Origin: Pecten maximus | Lineage: Eukaryota | Assembly: GCF_902652985.1 (NCBI RefSeq) | Contig: NC_047024.1 | Coordinates: 29,946,001-30,010,000, forward strand | Direction: 5' to 3' | DNA length: 64,000 nt | Shown: one piece after another, positions 50,674 to 62,929 of the stretch | How positions within the stretch are numbered: position 1 is the first letter of the stretch | How the letters are laid out: every line of letters starts with the position of its first letter | Program-made: the position numbers and the translations under genes | Notes under the pieces: generated by a model | The model's database searches: none | What the model was told of the DNA's origin: nothing | Seen by the model: the letters and a program-made list of their open reading frames with translations, nothing else

Positions 50674-51798
50674 GTTGAACGACAGGCGATGGCGAAACAC
50701 ATGCAACACTGTCAACAAGACCACATGCAGCAAATGTGTACAACCATCGTTTCGCTTGTACGTCTACTCCAGTTCAATCCCAGTACCTCAATTGACATCA
50801 CACGGCAGCCCTCCAATCAGAGTGGCCAAGGGGAAGAAGGGGAACAACAATCTTCCTCACTAAACGCGTTATCGGGCTTGCTTCAGGCCAGCATGGCGCT
50901 GGGACCCCAGTTAGGATCGCAGCCGCCTCAGTTACCCCACCGACTGAGGCAGCAGTTCAGTTCGGACAACACACTAAGCCATATATCTTCCGACTCTTCT
51001 ACGAGTAGATCAGGTGAAACGTTGGGGCGAAGAGATGAAGACAGAACAGTAAGTGGTAGAACCCAAGTCATGTCTACTGTTAGTATGACCTCTAATCACA
51101 TCCAGGGTGCAGACCTTGAAGGCGCGCCCAGATTACCCTTTCACCAGGATTTTGAATTCCAGTCACTTAAATGTCAGAATGCAACACAGGATGAAAGTCT
51201 GGCCAGGCACGAACAATCACTAGTTGAAATTCAACAGAAAAATGACACTCTTGAACGGACTAATAGAGATTTAAGATCAAAGGTAAAGGTTCTTGAAAGT
51301 ACTCTTGCAGACATAGAAGGTAGAACGTGCAACGGAACATACCTCTGGAAGATAAGAAACTATTCTAAGTTCCGTAGAGAAGCAGAGCACGGAGACACTA
51401 CCGCAATTCACAGCCCTCCGTTCTATTCCAGCTTCTATGGATATAAGCTGTGCATACGTGTAAATCTCAATGGTGTGGATAGTGCTAGAGGGACACACCT
51501 GTCCGTATTCATTCACTTCATGCAGGGAGAATATGATGATATTCTGGAATGGCCGTTCAGCGGTCGTATCGTTCTTACTGTGTTAGACCAGAACCCGGTA
51601 TGCGAGCAAAGGCATCATGTTATTGAAACTCTTGTATCAAAGCCACATCTAGCTGCTTTCCAGAAGCCCGTGACCCCAAGGAATCATAAAGGATTTGGAT
51701 ACATGGAATTTCTGCCTCTTGGTATCCTAGACAATTCAACCTACATTCGAAATGACACTTTGTTAATCAAAGCATTTATTGTTAATAGTTCTACGTAA
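50674..51798 (+). CDS. TRAF6: TRAF6 coding exon 6 (last zinc finger, low-complexity linker, coiled coil, MATH/TRAF-C domain)
   Basis: TTATAG|VERQAMAKHMQ...; CNGTYLWKI, IHSPPFYSSFYGYKLCIRVNL, HLSVFIHFMQGEYDDILEWPF, RNHKGFGYMEF, YIRNDTLLIK. The six exons total 1974 nt = 657 aa plus stop. Confidence 0.97.
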   Translation, partial: VERQAMAKHMQHCQQDHMQQMCTTIVSLVRLLQFNPSTSIDITRQPSNQSGQGEEGEQQSSSLNALSGLLQASMALGPQLGSQPPQLPHRLRQQFSSDNTLSHISSDSSTSRSGETLGRRDEDRTVSGRTQVMSTVSMTSNHIQGADLEGAPRLPFHQDFEFQSLKCQNATQDESLARHEQSLVEIQQKNDTLERTNRDLRSKVKVLESTLADIEGRTCNGTYLWKIRNYSKFRREAEHGDTTAIHSPPFYSSFYGYKLCIRVNLNGVDSARGTHLSVFIHFMQGEYDDILEWPFSGRIVLTVLDQNPVCEQRHHVIETLVSKPHLAAFQKPVTPRNHKGFGYMEFLPLGILDNSTYIRNDTLLIKAFIVNSST

Positions 51799-51902
51799 TT
51801 TCCCAGTCATTGATTGTGATAACCTTTGTGTTTGTATCAATCCTTATCAAGTGGATGGACATACATGTATTTAATTAATATGCGCGTTGTGAAGTGAACT
51901 GC

Positions 51903-51908
51903 AATAAA
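51903..51908 (+). terminator. Candidate proximal polyadenylation signal AATAAA
   Basis: First AATAAA, ~105 nt after the TRAF6 stop; usage unknown. Confidence 0.3.
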
Positions 51909-53163
51909 ATAACAGTGCTGTTAATTATCTGAAGGTATAAGTGGTCCGGAATGTATTAGTGTTTAATTAATTAAACTTTTCAAATTTAAGTTTAGAAGTT
52001 TGAGTTTTCTCATTGGATACCAGACCAAAATCTGTTGACAAATAGGAAGTTTTGCACATATGGTTTGGGAGAAATTTGACTACTGTAAAAGAATTGTGAA
52101 AAGAAACAATTACAGGAGTGTAAATCTTTTATCAGTCTTCTCATGTATTAGTGCAATACTTAATTGCATATTCCTTGAAAATTTTTAGATGCTTTCATTT
52201 TAGAGAAAGGTGCATCCAATTTGGAATATTATATATTATCAATATAATTGAAAGCTATTACACGTCATTTCTACTGAAAAGGCCTTTTACACTGGTGCAT
52301 TCATGTAATTCTACTATGTTCTAATGCTAAAGTGACCTTTTACCTTTGAACAGTATGTTAAACGTCCGAGAAAAGGCGTTTATATTTGCCTTGTAACGAG
52401 ACTTTTCCATTGGTTTTACTTTTGCAGACCTGCTGACTTTGACCGTTACCTTGATCTACTTTTATAAACAATTCCGAATTATAACCCACAGTATACTAGT
52501 CTAGTTTAAGACTAATCTAAGAAGGACAACGGTCCAGCGTCCTGGCCAGTGGTCATTTTAATGTTGGGAGAGCATGAATGAGCATCTTGGATTGCCATTA
52601 ATACACGTGTGCAACTCGAATTTTAGGTTGTTCGGGAGTATGTGGCTTTAACAATCGCAAGGTCGTATCATGCATGTTTGTGGTGCTAACTATTATCTTC
52701 CCGTTTCGCTAAATTGTTTCAATTTCATATTTTGGACATGTATGCATATTTATCAATATCTTTTTATCTCTACATTAATCATAATTTTATGACTTGCATT
52801 TTGCTATACCTGCTGAATCACGCAATATAAATAGGGGAGTAATTTTAGTAGCGCGCCGCATTTTGTACTTCTCATTTCATATCGTCTTACCTGATTCAGG
52901 TCACTTACTTTACAAATGTACTTGAATCTTAATACAGCATTTTGATACCGCAGACGACTTAACACTGTAAGCATTCCGAAGTAAATACATCTATTTGAGA
53001 TGATACGTACATACCGTGGAGGACGGATAAAGGGTTTGGTACACCTACCAGTAATCAGGCACTATTTTCATTGCTATTTACTACTTTGTGGTACTGTTAA
53101 CTACTACTAATAATAAACAGAGTACAATTATTACCAGAATGTGTAGAATTCGAATAGTTTAGA

Positions 53164-54511
53164 TTTTTAGCCCACCATGATCAGATGGTGGGCTATTCAA
53201 ATCGCCCTGCGTCCGTGGTCCGTCGTCCGTCCGTCCCTCCGTCCGTCCGTCCGTCCGTCCGTAAACAATTCTTGTTATCGCTATTTCTCAGAAAGTACTG
53301 AAGGGATCTTTCTCAAATTTCATATGTAGGTTTCCCTTGGTGCCTAGTTATGCATATTGCGTTTTGAGACCAATCTGAAAACAACATGGCCGACAGGCAG
53401 CCATCTTGGATTTTGACAATTGAAGTTTGTTATCGCTATTTCTGAGAAAGTACTGAAGGGATCTTTCTCAAATTTCATATGTGTGTTCCCCTTGGTGCCT
53501 AGTTATGCATATTGCGATTTGAGACCAATCTGAAAACAACATGGCCGACAGGCAGCCATCTTGGATTTTGACAATTGAAGTTTGTTATCACTATTTCTGA
53601 GAAAGTACTGAATGGATCTTTCTGAAATTTCATATGTAGGCTTCCCTTGGTGCCTAGTTATGCATATTGCGTTTTGAGACCAATCAGAAAACAACAAAGC
53701 CGACAGGCAGCCATCTTGGATTTTGACAATTGAAGTTTGTTATCACTATTTCTGAGAAAGTACTGAATGGATCTTTCTGAAATTTCATATGTAAGTTTCC
53801 CTTGGTGCCTAGTTATGCATATTGCGTTTTCAGACCAATCTGAAAACAGCATGGCCGACAGGCAGCCATCTTGGATTTTGACAATTGAAGTTTGTTATCG
53901 CTATTTCTGAGAAAGTACTGAAGGGATCTTTCTCAAATTTCATATGTAAGTTTCCCTTGGTGCCTAGTTATGCATATTGCGATTTGAGACCAATCGGAAA
54001 ATAACATGGCCGACAGGCAGCCATCTTGGATTTTGACAATTGAAGTTTGTTATCGCTATTTCTGAGAAAGTACTGAAGGGATCTTCCTCAAATTTCATAT
54101 GGATGTTCCCCTTGGTGCCTCGTTATGCTTATTGCATTTTGAAATCAATTGGAAAACAATATGGCCGACAGACCGCCATCTTGGATTTTGACAAATGAAG
54201 TTTGTTATCTCTATTTCTCAAAGTACTGAAGGGATCTTTCTCAAATTTCATAAGTAGGTTCCCCTTGGTCCCTTGTATTGCATTTTTGGACCAGTCTGTC
54301 CTGAAAACAACCTGGCAAACAAACAGCCATTATCGTTAAATCTCAAATTTTTTATATAGCTAGGATTCCCTTGTTTGAAAAGTACTGGAGGGATGTCTCA
54401 ATTTGCACAGATTAGTAAAATGAAGGGAAAAGTAGAGAAAAGATCAATCTGACATGGAACCTATGAAGATCATTCAATGGTGGGCGCCAAGATCCCTCTG
54501 GGATCTCTTGT
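53164..54511 (+). mobile_element. Young, complete HINE/pearl-like element with ~7 tandem 155-bp monomers
   Basis: 5' TTTTTAGCCCACCAT-GATCAG-ATGGTGGGCT hairpin/sub-TIR, (GTCC)n microsatellite, period 155, 3' ATGGTGGGC sub-TIR plus AGATCCC-TCT-GGGATCT hairpin plus CTTGT. Confidence 0.9.
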
Positions 54512-57500
54512 ATTTTTATATTTTGGTTGGTTGTTATAAAGAAAACAATGAGAACATAAAGTTGACAACACTTATAGAAACAAGTATCATCTAATTATAT
54601 TCTTCATCACTCTTATCTGGTGGGATATGAATAACCGGAGAAAACCTTGATCGAGCCGGTGTTTTGATAGTTTCCTCGTTCGTTTGGGGAAAATACCCCG
54701 CCATCATGGTGGAAGGAGACAGAATTATCAACTTCAGCAACTACACGTACCTCTTATTTACAAAAGGTAGACAAAGTTGGTCAGAATATCTTTGAAAAAG
54801 CTATAGAAACCTGTTGTATTTTAAGTCTGTCCGTAATATCAGCGAAAAACCACAAAGACAACGAAATTGAAGCGATACGATGCGGAAAAGACTACAACTG
54901 TAGGAAGGGGAAAAGATTTAGAATTTCTGAGGCGTAATGAACATCTGCTCAAACAGCTGTGATACAGGTGCATCAATGACAAATATGTGTAGACAAATAT
55001 CGAGGATATTTGCAGTCGGCGTTCAAGGAATAGCACACTATGCCGTGGCAGTGACCCTAACTTTATAGAATGTAGTTAGAAAACTTGTAGAAATCAAGTG
55101 TATCTATGTACTATGGCTACCAATATAATCCATCTACCTACAATACATTTACACGCTAGGGGAAGAATACTTTCCTTCAATAACTTATTGGAACTCCGTG
55201 AGTGAAATTTGTCTCTTATGTGAATACGTCACTCGAAGAACGTTGATAAGATTTTTAAAAGAACTGCGAAAACGTTTATAAAATGTCTCGGTTAGATAAA
55301 GAATCTGTTTTATGGCGCGGATATAAAATTCATTCTGCCAAATGATGTCACAACACTGAAGATTATCTTTATAATAAGCATTTCTTTACCTCATATCATG
55401 ATGCCCTCACAATGTCTGTAATAAATCACTATTAAAGAAAACATTAATTTTTGATGTCGCATCAATCAGTGCCACCTGTTGGGAAACACGGGAACAAACG
55501 TCTGATAGTACATCTGCATATTCTAAGGATAGTTATTCATAGCCAAGCAATCTGATGTCATGCAAACACATGAATCAATTTTTGTGTTCTGGTTTAATAC
55601 GCTTTGTAATATTCTCTGTCTCTCACCGTAGGTTTTATCTTCATATTCAACAAACACATTGTATACGAAATGTTGATTTAAACAGACTTTAACTGTGGAT
55701 TTCATACTCATTAAACGGTGGTTTCCTCTAATAAAAAGAGAAACCGGTTTTTGATGTAGCGATACTCGAGTTTACACCGTAAAAATGCTCTAACGGAATA
55801 CTCGTTTACGGGTCCTGAAAAACTTCAAACCTGGTTGATATTTATAAACAAGAGACCATATTGAAATCACGTGGATGCGATTGACGAGTCCGCTCAGTGT
55901 TCTGCATAAGAGGTTAACAGATTTAAGTATTTACAAAACATGGTTGCGCACATTTTTAGTTTTCGAAATTAAGGGAAAGTCTTTGTTTTGTGTTATAATA
56001 GAAAAACAAATTACGCCTGGTATTACTTTCCTTCAGTGAATTACGCTTAAAAGCGCTTTAATATCGGTTATTTAAAGAGCAAATACAAATATTCTCTTAT
56101 GAAACGAACCTTTTGTGATAATATATGATATGAACAGGATTGTTTTATTGTTGTCTTTCTCGGGAAACGTTCTTTCAATTTATTGTTAATGCTTTTCATC
56201 TGTACGATTGACAGAAGACACATTTTTCGATTCATCGAACGTCATATACACATGCGTGACGTCATTTTATGTGACCTCACGATATTGCTTCCATAATGAC
56301 AAGATTGATTGTTACCATAAAATCTGTTATCCAATGAATTCCTTCAAGCAAAAATTTGCATATGTCTCTAGTGATATATACGCTTTGGGCGTTTTTCTTT
56401 GATGCCAGTCAGAAATCGATTGTTATGTCATATAATGGTCAAAGATGTTACTTCATGAACTGAAAATGTCGCAGAAAAATGACTGCCTCCGTTTTAACTC
56501 ACCTGGTCCGACTGACCGTGGCGTCTGGCGTCCGGCGTCCGTCCGTCAACAATTGACATATTCCTCTGAACCGCTGATAAGAATTTAACCAAATGGTAGG
56601 AAGCATCCCTAGGTGGCTTGGATTCAAATGTATACATATGAAGGGGCTGGCCCCCAGTGGTCCGAGGGGCAGGACCAAAAGGGTTCCATTTGGCAATATT
56701 GTTAGTAAGGACTTCTTCTCTGGATCTAAGCAATTTATTACATTGATATTTCAGTGGTAACATCCCTAGGTGGCTGGGATTCAAATTTATACAAATGATT
56801 GGGCTGACCCCTAAGGAACTTTAGGGGCGGGGCCAAAAGGGCCCATTTGGCAATATTGATATTAACGACTTCTTCTCTGGACTCAATCTGTATATGACAG
56901 TGATATTTCAGTGGTAAAATCCCTAGGTTGCTGGGATTCAAATTTATACAAATGATGGGACTAACCCAACAGGGGCCCGGGGGGGGGGGGGGGGGGGTGG
57001 CAAAAGGGGTTCATTTTGCAATATTGATATGAACGACTTCTTCTCTCGAACTAAGCAATTGTTTGACATTGATATTTTGGTCGTATTGTCCCTAGGTGGC
57101 TTGGATTCAAATGTATTCAAATGTTGGGACTAACTTCCCCTCCCCAGGGGCCTCAGGGGCGGGGCAAAAGAGATTAATTTGATATAAAGGACTTCTTGCA
57201 TTTTTGAAACTATTAAGATCAAGAGATGAACACAATCCTGATGTAAAAATAAGGCCAGGGGGCTTTCCCCACCCCTAAGGGACTTTAAGGTTATTTAAAC
57301 ACACAGTCATGTTGAGTCTTGACTTCGTTTCTAGTTATTTTTGAAGCAGTTGAGATCCCCACCCCGTAATCATACATGTATCTAGCCTAAGTTTTCTCTG
57401 GCCCTAGGGCTGTCACCATGTCTGGTGTAGGGCCAGAGCGCACTACTATATGAAAACGTTGAATTCTCAGACACCGTTTGTTGTCGCGAAGAATTTGGTG

Positions 57501-58152
57501 CAAATACAATAAAATCGGGTGTGACATAACACCTACCTTACATATATGGATAAATTAGATATTTATTTACCCCAGAACACCCATTTAGTCCCATCTAGGT
57601 GTTTTATTCCGTCCGTATAGACCCTCGTTTTACGCTAGTCAAAATTTCATACTTGACTCGACGCAATATTGCTAACTATGTAGGTCGCGGGCGGCCTAAT
57701 TACCCAAATCAGTGCGCGATGGAGCGAAAAGAAAAAAATTCAACATTTATTTTTATATATTTTACCCCTTATAATTTATAAATAATACCTTTTTGAATTT
57801 AATGTAACATGTTTTGGTAAATAATAAGCTTGGTTTTCTTAATTTAAACCATGCAAGAAGAAAAACACAAAAAAACATATGTGGTCTTTTCGGTCCATCG
57901 CGTTCCGATTCGAGTGGTTAGTCGTACTGTCACTTACAAAATGGCGTGTCAACAGTACGAAATTTTGACTAGGGTAAAGCGAGGGTCTGTACTGACGAAA
58001 TAAAACACCTAGATAGGACTAAATGGGTGTTCTGGGGTAAATACATATCTAATTTATCCATACGTAGGTGTTATGTCACACCCGATTTTATTGTATTTGT
58101 ACCAAATTCTTAGCGACACCAAACGGTGTCGGATAATTCCACGTTTTCATAT

Positions 58153-58377
58153 TTTGGTTTGTTTGTTTTTTTGTTTAACGTCCTATTAACAGCCAGGGTC
58201 ATTTAAGGACGTGCCATGTTTTGGAGGTGGAGGAAAGCCGGAGTACCCGGAGAAAAACCACTGGCCTACGGTCAGTACCTGGCAACTGCTCCACATAGGT
58301 TTCGAACTTGCAACCCAGAGGTGAAGGGCTAGTGATAAAGTGTCGGGACACCTTAACCACTCGGCCACCGCGGCCCC
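58153..58377 (-). mobile_element. Full-length tRNA-derived V-SINE
   Basis: Minus strand: GGGGCCGCGGTGGCCGAGTGG (A-box), GTTCGAAAC (B-box), V-domain GTGGTTTTTCTCCGGGTACTCCGGCTTTCCTCCAC, tail GCTGTTAATAGGACGTTAAA(CAAA)n. Confidence 0.88.
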
Positions 58378-58426
58378 TATATATAAGATCCTTTATAAAC
58401 CAATATATATATATATATATATATAT

Positions 58427-58543
58427 AGGGGCAGGCTTATTACTGGACAAGAGTTAATGCTGGATAAATATGGTTTATATATAAGATCCTTTATAAGCCA
58501 TATTTATCCAGCAATAACTCTTGTCCAGTAATAAGCCTGCCCC
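58427..58543. mobile_element. Small palindromic MITE in a TA-repeat context
   Basis: GGGGCAGGCTTATTACTGGACAAGAGTTA... inverted with ...TAACTCTTGTCCAGTAATAAGCCTGCCCC, flanked by TATA. Confidence 0.75.
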
Positions 58544-60457
58544 TATATACATGTATATATTTTCATATAGTAGTGCGCTCTGGCCCTACACCAGACATTG
58601 TGACAGGGCCAGAGAAAACTCGGGCTAACATGTATCATAAACCAGGTGAGCGATACAGGCCTTTTAGGCCTCTTGCTTATTTTGCCTTCTGCATTTCAAC
58701 ATAACATAACAAAATTTTGTTTTTGTTTAATGATATTTTATTAATAAAACGGTCTATCAGCTCACCCAAAGTGGTAGTAATGGGACATTCCTTTGTTTCA
58801 TCGATTTATTCTCTGTTGTTTATGTAGCATTTGTTACAAGCTACTTATTTCAAATTCTGCACCTTTTTTTAAGATCGAAGAGCAAACTGTACCACGAAGG
58901 GGTTGGAAGTGGAGCTACGTCAATGTTTACTTACACCACATAAGGTTTCTCTTGTGTTCTCTTTTTCATTAACATATTTACGATTACTCCTTTTCTCCAT
59001 TGTGTTTAGTTTATTAACCAAAGAAAAAAAGAATGATTAAGTTTTCCTAAGACATAGTCACTGATATTTGTCTTCTCACTAAAATGAAATGCAAAATATA
59101 ATATTCATGGTCAAACTATGTACATTGTATTTACGTCGTCGCTGATAAATTGACAAGCTTGTTAGGTGATATCTTGACAGTTACAATAGGTGCTTATAAG
59201 GAAACACTTCCTGGTTTCCTAGTCATGTTGTGTTTTACTTTTTTCAAGCACAGATACCCGTGAATGCAGACATGTGCATGTAATACTGTTACGAAAGTGT
59301 AGTGGGTAAGGCATTTTTAACTTGGGTTTAGGAGTGTCTAAGTCGAGTTTTGTTGGCAACCCAAAGTAGGCTATCTGACATTTGATTAGGATACTGTGTA
59401 ATGGTTTACAGAGTGTAACAACATTATGTTAGGATTCCTGTCCACTATTATTTGTGTATTTAAGAGTTATGAGAGAATCTAGTGTTTCAATAGAATACCT
59501 TGTCACTATTTTGGTGGCCCTTTATCGTGGTCTGATATTTCTTGTTCAGAGTGTAGAAGATAAATATAACTTTGTTTCTACCTCTATCACGATTACTTCC
59601 GAAAACAATTCACTACTGAAAGAAACCATTTTTTTTATTATCTTAAGAGCAAATGAACCAAATACCCTGTGATACAAAAGGTGTACAATAGAGGGCGTTA
59701 TCAGGGACAGAAACACCTACACAGTATATGACGTAATTATATCATGATTCATTTATTGGTGGGTGTACATGGATCATCTTTTCATTTACATCACGATGTA
59801 TTCGTCCTCAGTTCATGGTGTGCACCAAAACAGATAACAAATGCAGTGCATCAGCATTTAAAAAAAAACCAAATCAACATATCAACAAGTTTCTGAATTA
59901 ACGACAGAGCTAGCGATACCACATACAAAAAATTATGCGGGTACCACCCCGTTGTCAACATAATACATATGAAACAGTATATAACATGAGATATAAAACA
60001 GGCAGGTGCTATTTAAATCGTCCTCTGGCTTTGCATGGTTACCTTTTTTTGCAGATAAGAGTAGTTAAATTTTGCACAGGTACAGTATTAACTAGTTTAA
60101 TGATACACCTCGCTTATGCACTGCTCCTAAAATACACCAGTGTCACATATTCGGAAAATACCGCGCCCTATATTTAATTCATGGAAAATGTCCCGTTCAC
60201 AGAATTAAAGCTCTATTGAACACGGATTGTTACCTTATATTTTTCAGGTTGGCTTATTTTTCAAAAGTCAGAAAGATTTAACTAGTAACTACTTTATCGT
60301 TCTGATTGTTGGTATGCTGAAAATAACCAAGTTGACTGTATATTTAGTGACGGGTATTATGATATGATAGTGATGTAAAATTGACAATCGAATTTAACAG
60401 AAATGTTGATGAATAGCATATATATATATATAAAGAATGAATATGTACATGTATAGC

Positions 60458-60665
60458 TTGGTTTGTTTTTGTTTAACGTCCTATTAACAGCCAGGGTCAT
60501 TTAAGGACGTGTCAGGTTTTGGAGGTGGAGGAAAGCCCGAGTACCCGGAGAAAAACCACTGGCCTACGGTCAGTACCTGACAACTGCCCCGCGTCGGTTT
60601 CGAACTCGCAACCCAGAGGTGGAGGGCTAGTGATAAAGTGTCGAGACACCTTAACCACTCGGCCA
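60458..60665 (-). mobile_element. V-SINE copy (same family as 58153-58377), slightly 5'-truncated
   Basis: Near-identical body; TSD GTATAGC at 60451-60457 and 60667-60673. Confidence 0.88.
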
Positions 60666-61132
60666 AGTATAGCATGATTTAAATGTTGTAATACGAGGTC
60701 AGCAAGATATGCTTGTATGAAACAATACGTTATTATCCCTACATAATTTACAAATCTGTAATACTTATAATTAAGATAATATTAATATACAACAACAGAA
60801 TTAAACATGGCGTCCAAATATCAATGGTCACACTATAATATAATTCTCGTTTGAATACCCATTTTGAGCGAAATTGTGAAATGTAAATTTACAATTTTGG
60901 TTATTTTGGTTATTCGCAATTTGCAATCTTGTCTAAATCAATTTTGTGATCCAAATAGATTTTTTTTTATATTTAATTTGTATTCTCCTAATATATTTAC
61001 CCAAACATGCTCATCAAATGATTTCACATTTACAAATAGAGTAATTGCATACAATTGGAACAACAGCACTTTTATGTAGATATATTCTACATGCTCCTTG
61101 AATAATGACATCCTATATCAATGCTAAGTCTA

Positions 61133-61665
61133 TCAGGATGGCAGACTGTAATGTTTACTGTTCTTTCCCGATTCAGCAGCAATATTACTTTGTGTGTCGT
61201 ACATAGAATCGGAAATAATATCGGTATCGCCTTTGTTTCGGAAAACATCGTATGTGTTCGATAACTCTCGAGAACTTTCGTACATGTTTTCTCCGCTGGT
61301 GGGATCGGTTCTTCTCGACATGACATCATATGTATCTGATGCGGCAGCAAAGTTTGCATGACTGTACTCATCATCCCGGGGTGATACGCCATTAGAATGT
61401 CGACCATCTTTATTGTTCAGAGTATTATAAACATCATCTGCTATATTTCCTGCATACGCGTTCCCGTCGTTTTCATTAAGACCCATGCTTTTAAAATCGT
61501 CATAATTTCCGTCCTTGCATTTTACTACCCGAGAATAATTGTCTTTACTTCTAGTGGCACCCTTTTCGCGATTACTTGAATGTCCATTACTTGGCGAATT
61601 GACATACGTGTTGTCATTTTCATTGCTGCTGCCCTCAGCCTTAACAGGTCTTCTGCTAGTTGCTT
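61133..61665 (-). CDS. MEGF10/Draper/SCARF-like receptor, last exon (tyrosine-rich cytoplasmic tail)
   Basis: Acceptor TTTTATTGCTTACAG|, phase 1; 11 Tyr, most preceded by acidic or Asn residues (NTYVN, DNYSRV, DVYNTL, DEYSHA, DTYDVM, NTYDVF...); TGA stop. Confidence 0.8.
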
Positions 61666-61905
61666 CTGTAAGCAATAAAAAATAATAAAAATTAAAAATG
61701 ATAATATCCGGAATTTAATAGCATTGTATAAACACTACATACGTTTAAAATATCAAAAATGGCACATACGTAGTGCGATTACTCAGAGTAGAATGAGACA
61801 ATGAGACGAAAGGAACTATTTATCCACGTTCTGCGTACGAGCTAGAACGTCTCTGGATAATTATCAAATTTTCAGTCTCACTGGATTTTCACAAATCATA
61901 CAAAC

Positions 61906-61979
61906 CAATGATATCTGGTTGTCTGAGATCATAGGTGTGGTTGTCGGCAAATGACCTTTCATTTGCAGTCCTTGTTTTC
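61906..61979 (-). CDS. MEGF10-like receptor, juxtamembrane cytoplasmic exon
   Basis: TTGTTCTAG|G KTRTANERSFADNHTYDLRQPDII G|GTTTGT; 74 nt bridging phase 2 to phase 1 exactly as required. Confidence 0.75.
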
Positions 61980-62772
61980 CTAGAACAATAAGAAGTTATC
62001 TCTTCTTAAAATATAGCTATAAATTATACATTATGACATTATGTCTGATTTGTCCTAATTAGTACAGTATTCCCCCAGCAGACTAACAATATGTCCGTTT
62101 GTTTGGGATCGATCTTATATTATCTATGCATAGTTTATACTTATTTTCACTCTTGTCTGTTGTATGTGTCTTTTAAACAAACAAATAGTAAATTATTTTT
62201 CTGGTCGCTTAACATCGTATAACAAGCTATTTAAAACGCGTTAGTAAAATAAAAAAAAAAAAAAAGCTTCAAAGTTGATCATCACAATAATAAGGTTTTA
62301 AATCATTGATGTGAATGGATTATTTCCCTTTACTAGTTTTTGACCGACATTCATTTACACCTTGTAAAGTAACTATATTTATTATTTAGTGTCAAATCGT
62401 AGCGTATAAATATAAATAAATCAAATTGATGAATCAATAAAGACAATTATTTTAAATGCTCCTTATCTAATACTTCCTTCTTTAAAGTACAAAATGTATT
62501 ACAGACATTGAAACTTCTCATATTCCTTTAGTGTAAACTTATTTTAGACATTAAAAAGACTATCCATATAGAACTTCTACATACCCTACTGCCATTTGTA
62601 ATAATCTCAAAATAAACCAATACTACTTACCTCATTGCCATTTGAAGGTTACTGAACTTTTAGACATAAAAATAATATCTTAACAAGAAAATACTATTTA
62701 CATCACTGTCATCTGAAGGTTGATGAATTTCATACATAAAAAAATAGTCTCCAAATAAGCAAAACTACTTAC

Positions 62773-62929
62773 CGCACTGTCATTTGAAGGTCGCTGAACT
62801 TTCGACCTCCTTTGCGTTTATACATAACGACGCATATCACCACAACTATGATAACTACGGTTGATGATATTACAATGCCTAATACAAGGCCTATATCTGG
62901 TGTGTCCTGGTTTGTGTCCTGTCTCTTAC
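62773..62929 (-). CDS. MEGF10-like receptor, transmembrane exon
   Basis: TTGTAG|; IGLVLGIVISSTVVIIVVVICVVMY followed by KRKGGRK stop-transfer; CG|GTAAGT. Confidence 0.85.

Larger units (their letters stand above)
57383..58627. mobile_element. Long-TIR non-autonomous DNA transposon with 9-bp TSD (AcademH- or Mutator-type)
   Basis: Termini TAGCC...GGCTA; ~270-bp TIRs (right one split by an insertion); TSD ACATGTATC at 57374-57382 and 58628-58636. Confidence 0.85.
56492..58678 (+). mobile_element. HINE of the ~160-bp-monomer family, interrupted by nested insertions
   Basis: 5' TTTTAACTCACCTGG, (GTCC)n, ~4 monomers, unique 3' region shared with 15520-15670 (ATCAAGAGATGAACA...CTGATGTAAAAATA), 3' CCAGGTGAGCGATACAGGCCTTTTAGGCCTCTTG. 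Confidence 0.85.

Noticed and set aside
58300-58377. tRNA gene
   Set aside because: The A/B boxes belong to a SINE head that continues into a V-domain and simple-repeat tail; same for 44160 and 60600.
61133-61979. TRAF6-binding PxExx(aromatic/acidic) motif in the neighbouring receptor tail
   Set aside because: No PxE motif found in the assembled cytoplasmic tail.
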